Below, piece by piece: positions 36,346 through 46,000 of a stretch of 55,038 nucleotides of DNA. The stretch spans positions 1 through 55,038 of the forward strand of contig CAIYNF010000059.1 of NCBI GenBank assembly GCA_903927505.1, in the 5' to 3' direction. The translations under genes were made by a program, and so were the position numbers. Position 1 is the first letter of the stretch. The number at the start of each line of letters is the position of its first letter. The DNA comes from an uncultured Bacteroidota bacterium (lineage in GTDB: Bacteria > Bacteroidota > Bacteroidia > UKL13-3). The notes beneath the pieces were generated by a model that saw nothing but the letters and a program-made list of their open reading frames with translations, ran no database searches and was not told the origin of the DNA.

Positions 36346-39081
36346 CTATCGGTTCGAACCAACTATTTTTACTGTTATACTTACCCTTCTTTCTTTGGAT
36401 GCTCTGATTCCAAATACGGAGAGGTCTAATTGCGCATAATCGCTTGAGATGTCTTTTGGTGCTTCTAGTTCACCCAATGAATGTTCCCAGAAAGTAATTC
36501 TATTGCTTTCTATGGCATCCCATAAAGCGCCATCGTTCCATTTTTTAAGGTAACGTGTAACAGATACTATTCTGCGACTAGAAAGCTTGTTATTGTATTC
36601 TGTTGAGGCAATTGGGCTACAATAAGCAGAAACAGAAATCTCTACTTGTACGCCTTTGTTTAATTGCTCTTGAACAATTTCTAATATTTGGTTCAAGTTG
36701 TCGTATCCACCTTCTACATTTCTAATGAAGAAAGTATCTAAACCAACTTTGCTATCTGATGAGCGTTTATAAAACTCTTCCATTTGTTTCATATAAGAAT
36801 CAAATGAATTTTGGTAGGTAAACGCTGGGCGGTATAGTTGGATTGGTCTAGGTTCGTCGTTATGGAAATAAATAACGGTATTTTCAGTTTTAAGAAGCGT
36901 GCTATTTTTAGCAATTCTTCCTGGAATTTGGTCTGCAGTTCTAACCACTATGCTCACATTGGCTTGGCCAAATTGGTCTCTGTTGCCTCTTTCCATTAAA
37001 TCATAGCTTACTTGGTAGGTTCCAGGTTCAATGCCTTTTTTAACAGTAATGACACCTGTTTTGCGGTTCAAAGTAATATTTGGGTTATCACTTTTTTCGT
37101 TTCTAATTAAGGTATTTCTTTGGGTAGCTTTTTTCCCATCAATTTTATCATTGTTGCGCACGTTAAGCAAATAACCGCCATTGGTGGTTGTAAAGCCATT
37201 ATCGTCTTTGGCTACAATTCCCGCAACAATTGGTAAGCTTGGTTTATTGTTTAAGCGCGGCTTGTAGGCACTTGCCATTGGCACAGTTTCATTGGTTTCA
37301 CCTTTGTTTTGATTTTCAGCAATAGCAACCGATCTAATTACAATAGTAACTTGAGCGGTATCGCATAAACTTGGTGCAGTAACGCTGCAAATAGCATAAT
37401 TAAATTTATACGTTCCAGCTGTAGCTCCTGCGGCTACTTTAATTTCACCATCTTTGCTATCTAAATTTAAATATCCTTCTAATGGATTACTAATAATATG
37501 AATGCTTATATCACTTTCTTTTACCAAAACACCATTTAAGGAGTCGTTTTCTAGGATACTTGAAAGTTTTATGCTGCGTTGGTTATTTTCAATGAGGTAT
37601 TGGTTATCACCTGCAAAAATAGGGTTGTGTACTAAGTAAATTTCCTTTATGAGCTTGCCATCTTTAATAATATAATCATTGTTGGTTTGGTCATAATTAA
37701 GGTATCCATCTTTGCTGGCAAAAATATGCATGGTTTTCCTTGCATCTGCTGTGTCTTTAATTACAATGTTATTGCTCCCAAATGAGGTGCTTAATTCTCC
37801 TGTATAAGTGCCGTCTTCATTTGAAAAAGACACTTTCGCTTGATCTAATTCTTCTTTTGAATTAGCGTCAAATACTTTTACAAAAAGAGATTGTTTTTCT
37901 GGCTCGCTTAAAGTAAAGTGGTAAATGTTGTCATCAAATTTATTGGAGAATCGGTTGGAAGAAAAATAGCCTTCTTTTTTGTTCTTAAACATCACGCCAA
38001 AATCGTCGTAAATAGAGTTAAATGGTTCGTTCAACAAATACCTGTTTCCATTGCTAAACAAAACAATATCTAATCCACCTGTGGTTTCAATATGGTTACT
38101 TGCATACATTAATTCTCCATCTAGGGTAATGCTTGGGAAAACCTCATCGTATTCGGAATTAACGTCTTCTCCTAAATTAATAGGAGGGGTCCATTCACTG
38201 CCATTCCAATTTGTTTTGTATAAATCGAACCCACCGCTACCGCCGGGCATATCTGAAGAGAAGTAAAGTGTTTTATCAGCTTCATTGTAAAAGGGATGTT
38301 GCGCTGAGAAACCCGGTTTGCAGAAATTAACCAATCTAGCTGGCGACCAATTTCCACGCTCATTTCTAATAAAATAAACCAATGAAAGATTTTGTATGCT
38401 CTTGCTGTTTTCATGGGTATAATTGCGCGACAATACTATTAAGTTGGTGTCTTGAGATATGGCAATAGGACCATCATGTTTTTTAGAATTAATGCTTTTA
38501 GGCAAATAGCTTGGATAGGGAATACGTGTGCCTTTTTCAGTAAATGGATAAATATCTAAATAAGGTTGTTTGTTGTATACATCACCAAAGTTTTTGTTGT
38601 TACTGCTGGTTGTTCTAGAGGTAGTAACAAACAATAATTCTTTCCAATAAAATGCTGCAAAATCTTCATTCGCCGAGTTGCCTTGAAAGGTGTCAATCAC
38701 AGTATAGAGGAAGTAATTATTTTTAAAGTAATTGGTCTTTTTGTAGTAAGGCGATTTTTCACGCATCATGGTAGAAGCATACACATAATTTCTACGTGCA
38801 TTGGCTGTTTGAATGATGCCACTTTTATCGGCAATCTTATAATAATACAAAGCTTGCGGATATTTTCCTTGCAAGTATAAGGCCTCTGCCAATTGCAATA
38901 CCATGGTGTCGTTGAGCTCATTGGAATGGCTCATGAGAAACTTTTCTGCACGCTCATAGTCAAAATAGTAGGCGTATTTAATTGCCTTGTCTACTTGTGC
39001 TTGTGCTTGGTTGAAGCGCATGAAAAGTAGGCATCCCAAGATCAACAAATGGAGATGTTTGTTAAACGTATATTTTTTCAT
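36346..39081 (-). CDS. OmpA-family outer-membrane/peptidoglycan-associated protein with TPR, TolB-like propeller region and two adhesin-type modules
   Basis: 911 aa with signal peptide and TPR-like N-terminus. PD40/TolB-like segments follow (..LYFSSDMPGGSGGFDLYK..). Two roughly 95-aa modules (aa 489-583 and 619-713) are homologous to the adhesin repeat. The tail is OmpA-like (..VSAYCSPIASTEYNNKLSSRRIVSVTRYL..). Confidence 0.8.
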   Translation of the reverse strand: MKKYTFNKHLHLLILGCLLFMRFNQAQAQVDKAIKYAYYFDYERAEKFLMSHSNELNDTMVLQLAEALYLQGKYPQALYYYKIADKSGIIQTANARRNYVYASTMMREKSPYYKKTNYFKNNYFLYTVIDTFQGNSANEDFAAFYWKELLFVTTSRTTSSNNKNFGDVYNKQPYLDIYPFTEKGTRIPYPSYLPKSINSKKHDGPIAISQDTNLIVLSRNYTHENSKSIQNLSLVYFIRNERGNWSPARLVNFCKPGFSAQHPFYNEADKTLYFSSDMPGGSGGFDLYKTNWNGSEWTPPINLGEDVNSEYDEVFPSITLDGELMYASNHIETTGGLDIVLFSNGNRYLLNEPFNSIYDDFGVMFKNKKEGYFSSNRFSNKFDDNIYHFTLSEPEKQSLFVKVFDANSKEELDQAKVSFSNEDGTYTGELSTSFGSNNIVIKDTADARKTMHIFASKDGYLNYDQTNNDYIIKDGKLIKEIYLVHNPIFAGDNQYLIENNQRSIKLSSILENDSLNGVLVKESDISIHIISNPLEGYLNLDSKDGEIKVAAGATAGTYKFNYAICSVTAPSLCDTAQVTIVIRSVAIAENQNKGETNETVPMASAYKPRLNNKPSLPIVAGIVAKDDNGFTTTNGGYLLNVRNNDKIDGKKATQRNTLIRNEKSDNPNITLNRKTGVITVKKGIEPGTYQVSYDLMERGNRDQFGQANVSIVVRTADQIPGRIAKNSTLLKTENTVIYFHNDEPRPIQLYRPAFTYQNSFDSYMKQMEEFYKRSSDSKVGLDTFFIRNVEGGYDNLNQILEIVQEQLNKGVQVEISVSAYCSPIASTEYNNKLSSRRIVSVTRYLKKWNDGALWDAIESNRITFWEHSLGELEAPKDISSDYAQLDLSVFGIRASKERRVSITVKIVGSNR
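36349..36362. repeat. Iterated palindrome copy TCGGTTCGAACCAA (reverse complement TTGGTTCGAACCGA)
   Basis: Exact GGTTCGAACC at 36351-36360, covering the last codons (G-S-N-R-stop) of the OmpA-family gene. Confidence 0.9.
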
Positions 39082-39130
39082 TCGACTTGACTTTAATCTT
39101 TAGAGTTTGATAAAAACGATTGCTTATACA

Positions 39131-40045
39131 TTATAGAAAATACCTTGGAGATCTAACCTGTGTTTTATATTTAGAAACCCAACTCATTCTCAATGTTATT
39201 TCATGTGTTTGTTTAGACGCCATTTGTATATCGCTCAATGGGTATTCATACATGTAACCTGCATAGAAATTTGGTGAAATTTTATAGCCAACCAGTATTC
39301 CAAATGCATCGTTGTAGCGCAACATTGGGCCAAAATCGATTATATTTTTGTAGTTAAACATAAAGTTTAAATCTAAAGCCATAGGGGCATTAGCTGTAGT
39401 TCTTACCAATACACTTGGCGTTACCATTAAATCTTCACTCACTTTTACATTGGCTCCTCCATAAATATTCAAATGATTTTGAATACTTAATACGGTAGTG
39501 TTTCCATCCTTCATTTCACGCGAGAACAAGCGTGGCATAGCTGCTCCCACAAAGAATCTTTCGCTGTAAACCAATAAACCTCCACCTAAATTTAAATTAA
39601 ATCCTGAATTGTAGTTATTGCTAAAATTAGGATCCGAAGATTGGTTTGTTGGCAGGGTGGTAAGATTTGCTTTGGTATTAGATCCCATTAACCTAATACC
39701 TGCAGACATGGTCCACTTATCGTTGAGACGAATATGAGAAGCAATGTCGCCTTGCAAGGTAACCGTGTTAATTGGTCCAACTTGGTCGGTATAGATACCA
39801 CCTGCAAAACCGAGATTTTTTTGCAAACGGGTATTTACATATATAGAATTGGTGCTAGGTGCACCTTCCATGCCTACCCATTGTCTTCTTGCCAATACGC
39901 CAATTTGGTTCGCCTCTTGCACCCCTGCTTGCGCTGGGTTTATGATGGACGAATTAAAAATATACTGACCAAATGTTGGGTCTTGTTGCGCAAATAGTTG
40001 GAATGTTCCCAAGAAAAAACTCAAACTGATTATTATACGTTTCAT
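39131..40045 (-). CDS. Type IX secretion system membrane protein, PorP/SprF family
   Basis: Signal MKRIIISLSFFLGTFQLFAQQDPTFGQYIFN..INPA is the canonical PorP/SprF N-terminus, followed by a beta-barrel-like alternating pattern. The ATG at 40045 lies 19 nt after the adhesin stop. Confidence 0.85.
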   Translation of the reverse strand: MKRIIISLSFFLGTFQLFAQQDPTFGQYIFNSSIINPAQAGVQEANQIGVLARRQWVGMEGAPSTNSIYVNTRLQKNLGFAGGIYTDQVGPINTVTLQGDIASHIRLNDKWTMSAGIRLMGSNTKANLTTLPTNQSSDPNFSNNYNSGFNLNLGGGLLVYSERFFVGAAMPRLFSREMKDGNTTVLSIQNHLNIYGGANVKVSEDLMVTPSVLVRTTANAPMALDLNFMFNYKNIIDFGPMLRYNDAFGILVGYKISPNFYAGYMYEYPLSDIQMASKQTHEITLRMSWVSKYKTQVRSPRYFL

Positions 40046-40064
40046 TTTTTTAGTTCCAATTATA

Positions 40065-43000
40065 TTATTTACTAATGAATGTGTATCCGGTGATTGGTTT
40101 TGCATCAGCATTTAGTTGCAATACATAGTAATAGGTGCCGCCTGGCAATGCATCCGTGCCGCTCGTGCTGCCTGCATCGTAGGTTCCTTTCCAAGTGTTT
40201 TTATAAGCTTGCTCTTCAAATACCAAGCCTCCCCAACGGTTGTATACCCTAAGGTAATTATCAGGGAATTTTTCAATGCCTTCAATTTTAAATACATCAT
40301 TAACACCATCGTCGTCTGGAGAAAATCCTTTAGGGATAAATACATCCTGCTCGCATTTGTCTTTGCTGTAATTTACCACATAATTTCCAGTTACATCACA
40401 AGCATTAGAATCTTTGATGATAATGTTGTAATTACCATCAGTAATATTACTCAAGTTAAGCGTGGTGCTTCCTTGGTTCCATAAGTAGGTATATGGTTTT
40501 GTTCCGCCGCTCACACTTAAGTTAATGCTACCTTCCTTGGTTGATTTACAAATTACATCTACAATGTTTGTAACTGCCACACTGAGTGGTGCAGGTTCTG
40601 CCAATACATAGTTTTTATTTACGGTACATCCATTTGTATCGCTAACAGTTACGGCATATGTTCCAGCGTTTATTTTGTCTAATTTGTTCAAGATGCTTCC
40701 ATTGTTCCAGAAGTATCTGTATGGTGCTGTGCCACCTGTAGTAGTTAGGTCTATGCTAGCGTTAAAATCGCCATAACATTTAGGTTTCACAATAGTACTT
40801 ACCACATTTATGGAAGCAGCAGGTTGTTTCACTGTAAATGTAAACGAGGCAGAATCGTTGTTGGCATCTTTTACTTTAGCGGTATAGCTTGCAGCTTTTA
40901 AGTTTTTAGCCAAACTATCGGTTTGAACCGGCGTTGTATTCCAAGTAATACTATAAGGCGCTAATCCACCTTGCACTGCTATTAGGATCGAACCTATTGA
41001 ATCTCCGTAGCATTTGTTATCTATGATAGTACTGCTAATTAAGCTTATGCTATCCATGGTATGAATAACAATGAAACTTGTATCGCACAATACGGGAATC
41101 ATCCCTGAATCACAAATAGAATAGTACAAGGTATCGTAGCCACTCCAAGTTGAATCTGGCGTATAAGTGATAGTACCTGCAATAGTATCTGCTGTAGCTT
41201 TTCCATGCAATGGACCAGTATAAATATGTAAGCTAGAGATATTAATATTGGTATCAATATCGTAATCATTGCTTATTGGATTTATTGTTACCAATTTCTT
41301 GGCAGAGGTGCTTGCAAAATCTGGATTGGCAATTGGTCCAACTGCATATACATTAATGGTTGCAATGGCAGAGTCTTGGTTCGACAAGTCTATAGTATCT
41401 GTTAATAGGTAGGTGATGGCATATACGCCTGCAGGCGTTCTAGCAGCAACCGAGATATTTCCGCTTAAAGTATCTAAGCTTACATTGGTGTTACTTGCAG
41501 GACTTAACACAGTAATTTTAACTTGAGGAGCGGTAATGACTGCGCCATTTAAACTGTCGTTGCTCAATACATTTATTAAGTTGCTCATACCTTTGTAACC
41601 ATTTACACTGCTGCTATCTGCTTGCGTAAACAAGTTGGCCGGGGTAACTTCTATAAACACCCAAGCGGTATCGCAATTACCAGGGTTTAAGGTGTCGCAA
41701 ATGCGGTATTGCATGGTATACATGCCAGGAGCTGTTCCCGCTAATACACTTACTTTGGCCGTAATTGAATCGAGGATTACACCTGCATTTCCAGATTTTT
41801 GTAATACGCTAAACCAAACATTGCTGGTGTTAGCTACTTGTCCGTTTATGCTATCGTTGCTTAATGCGTTGATTAAATTTGCTATGCCAATTGATCCATT
41901 TGCTTTTGCGCTGTCGTCTATGGCAATAATAAATGGTGTGGTAACTGTAATAACAATTGAAGCGGTATCACAATTGCTTGGGTTCAAAGTATCGCAAATG
42001 CGGTAGCTGAGGGTGTAAACACCCGCTGCTAGCGGACTAGTAAAGCTTACTTTTCCAGAAATGGTATCTAAACCAAAAGCAGCATTTCCAAATGGTGTAA
42101 TTACATGCAACTTGGTATTGCTTGATGTTGCTCTAATTCCATTGATGCTGTCGTTGCTAAAAATATTTAACAAGTTGGCATTGCCATTAGCACCGTTTAC
42201 AGATGCAGAATCATTTGTTGCAATAATGCTAGGCGCAATTACATGAATGCTTACTAAAGCGGTATCACAACTGCTGGGATTAATGGTATCACATACGCGG
42301 TAAACCATATAATAAATTCCAGCTGGTGTTCCTGGGAATACACTAATTTGGCCATTGCTTGTATTTAAAATGATGTTAGCATTTCCAGTACCTGTTACCA
42401 ATGTCATAAATACTTTTGCTGGCGTTAAGATGGCACTGTTTAAACTGTCATTTAACAATACGTTTCCTACATTTAAATTACCTGGATAGCTATAAACCAT
42501 AAAGCTATCTGGATTGGCATAGATTGGTGGAGGTGAAATTTGAATATAAAGAATACCCGTATCACAATTATTTGCATTTAAGGTATCACAAATAATATAA
42601 GAGATGGTGTAATTTCCTGAAGGTGTATTTGGCAATACGCTTAAGTAAGCACTTGCCGAATCAAGCGTAATATCTGGCCTTCCAGACGGGATATATACCC
42701 TAAATTTAACATTACTAAGGTTGGCAGTAATACCATTGATACTGTCGTTTGGCAATACATTGTATACGCCGCTTGTGCCATTGTAACCATTTACTTTGGC
42801 AGTATCGTTTACAGCAATAATTGGAGGCGCAGCTACATGAATAACTACATAGGCCGTATCACAATTACCTGTATTTAAAGTATCGCAAATTTGGTATTGA
42901 ATGGTATATACACCCGCAGCAACTCTTGAATCGAGCCTAACATTACCCGTTGTATCATTTAATACAATACCTGCTACGCTTGCAGGACTTAAAGTAGTTA

Positions 43001-46000
43001 ATTTTACACCACCAGCAATAACTGCTGCTCCATTAATGCTATCGTTGCCTAATACATTGATGAGGGTGCTATAAGAATTGTAACCATTGGCATTCACACT
43101 GTCGTTAGTGGCAATTACCAATGGGCCAACAACTGTGATGCTATCTGTAGTGGTATCACAATTTGTTGTGTTTAAGGTATCACAAATGCGGTAAGTTATG
43201 GTATACAAACCAACTGGTGTCATAGGTGCTACCTTAACAATACCTGTAGTATCGTTTAAGCTTACACCCAAGTTACTTGCAGGTGTAATTAGTTTTAATA
43301 TTACGCCACCAATGCTGGCTACCTGACCATTGATACTATCATTGTTTAATACGTTAAAAACACTGGTGTCTCCATTGTAACTGTTTACGTTTGCTAGATC
43401 TGTAGTTGCAATAATGTTTGGTGCGTTTATGTAAATATAAGCAGTAGCAGTATCTGTATTGTTTGCGTTTAAAGTATCTGTAATGCTATAGGCAATGCTG
43501 TAATTGCCAGCTAGGGTCATAGGTGCTACTGCAATTATTCCTGTTGCTGTGTCTAAAGTTACACCGGCATTACTTGCGGCAGTAATTAATCTAATTACTA
43601 CTGCAGCATTTGCAATGGTATCATTATTAAGGCTATCGTTTGTAATTACAGTTATTGCATTTATTGCGCCATTATAACTGTTTACATGTGCAGTATCGTT
43701 TACGGCTAAAATGCTTGGTGCTGTTACATGAATGGTAACAATACCAGAATCACAATTAGATACATTTAAGGTATCACAAATTTTGTAATGGATGCTGTAA
43801 TTACCAGCTGGCGTTCTTGGCGCAACACTAATAAATCCATTACTGGTATTTAAAGTAATATTTGCATTGCTGGCAGTTTGACTCACACTTAAGTATGCCG
43901 CACCTAATGCTATGGTATCATTGTTTAAACTATCATTTGCTAAAACATATAAAATATTGTTGCCTCCAGTAAATCCGTTGATATTAACACTATCGTTGCT
44001 GGCATTAATAACAGGCGCTGTTACCGTAATGTATACCATTGCGGTATCGCAATTACCTGTATTCAAGGTATCGCATAAACGGTAAATTAAATTATAGGCC
44101 CCTGCCTGTGTGCTTGGTGCCACTGAAACAATACCTGTTGCAGTATCTAAACTTATTCCCGCAATTGAGGCCGGATTAATTAGTTTACAAAGAATACCAC
44201 TTGCACTTACGCTGCCACCATTGAGGCTATCGTTGCTAAAAATGTTTAATAAACTAGCATTTCCACTTGCACCATTTACTGAGCCATGATCTGCGTTAGC
44301 CAATAAACTTGGTGCGGTAACTGTAATACTAATAAGCGCGCTATCACAATTACCTATATTTAAGGTATCACAAATTTTGTAGCGTATGGTATATATTCCT
44401 GCTGGAATATAGGCAGCTACACTTACATTTCCTGTAGTGAGGTTAAGACTAATTCCAGCATTATTTGCCGTATCTAAAATGCTAAGGTTAACCCTTCCAA
44501 CTGTTATTAAGGTGCCGTTCAATGAATCGTTGGCGAAAATATTCAGTAAGTTACTATTTCCATTGTAGCTATTGGCCGAACCATTATCGGCACGTGCAAC
44601 AATTACTGGCTGACTAACATTTACAGTGATGCTAGCAGAATCACAATTTCCTGGATTTAAGGTATCACAAATCTTATAGTTGATGGTATATAAACCAGCT
44701 GGTGTTCCTATAGCTACGCTTACTTGCCCATTGCTTAAATTTAGAGCTACACCTGGATGTGTTGCTAGGCTAATGATGCTTAAATTAACTTGGGTAATAT
44801 TGGTTCCTTTATTGTTTAAACTATCGTTGCTAAATACATTTAGCAAGTTTGCATTTCCATTGTATCCATTGGCCGAACCATTGTCGTTATTGGCATTAAT
44901 AACTGGAGCCAACACATTTACTGTAACCAATGCGGTATCACAATTACTTGTATTTAAGGTGTCACAAATGCGGTATTCAAAATAATATACGCCAGCAGGT
45001 GTATATGGAAACACACTAATTTTTCCTGTGCTTGCATTAATAATTACACCTGGTTCACTTGGTGAAGATAGCACAGTTAATGCTACTCTTCCGCTAGCAG
45101 CAACTATAGAATTGATGCTGTCGTTTAAGTAAACATTTAAAACATTTAAACTTCCATTGTAACCATTTACGGCAACATAATCTGCATTGGCAATAATAGC
45201 TGGTGCGCTCACAGCAATAGAAACACTAGCGGTATCGCAATTGCTATTGTTAAGTGAATCGCAAATGCGGTAAATTAGGGTATAGTTTCCGGCATGTAAG
45301 CCCGCAGCTACACTTATATTTCCAGTGCTTAGGTTCAAACTAATTTTTGGGCTGCTTGTACTAACAACGCTTAATACAACTGGACCAATTGCTGCTGCTT
45401 GGTTATTAAAGCTGTCGTTGCTAATTACATTAAGTATGTTGGCATTACTAGGATAGCCATTGATGCTAGCAGATTCGCCGTTTGCTAAAATACTTGGTGT
45501 GGTAATAGTTACAGAAATAATTGCTGTATCGCAATTACCCGGATTAAGTGTATCACAATTTTTGTATACAATGGTATAGTTTCCTGCAGGTGTTAATGGC
45601 GCAACGCTTACTATTCCAGTGCTGGTGTTTAGGGTAATGCCGGTATTACTAGCAGCTGTAACTATACTGGTAGTTACAGATCCAATTGTTACTGCGTTGC
45701 CATTGATACTGTCGTTGTTTAATACATTTAATAAATTATTGTTTCCTTCAATACTTGCGCAGGTTCCTGCTTCGTCACTTGTAATAATTGAAGGTGCTGT
45801 TGCAGTAATACTTGCCATTGCTGAAGCACAATTGGCAACATTAAAGGTATCACAAATTTGGTAAGTAAATGTATAAATGCCCGCAGCTAAACCAGCAGTT
45901 ATAGCTACATTTCCTGTGGCAGTATCAACGCTAATATGTGAATTACTAGGAGCAACTGTAATAGTAGTTTTTAGAGCTGAAGCCGAAACCGTTGCACCAT

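Noticed and set aside
1483-36360. GGTTCGAACC copies as tRNA T-arm remnants (compare GGTTCGAATCC) or tRNA genes
   Set aside because: Every copy lies inside a well-supported CDS. No acceptor, D or anticodon arms can be folded around them, and the T-loop is one nucleotide short. I kept it as an iterated-palindrome finding instead.
40046-40111. N-terminal extension of the PorP/SprF ORF (tracked start 40111) overlapping the adhesin 3' end
   Set aside because: The canonical signal peptide begins at the internal ATG 40045 (MKRIIISLSFFLGTFQLFAQQ). The extension would place 22 non-signal residues ahead of it and overlap the adhesin stop.
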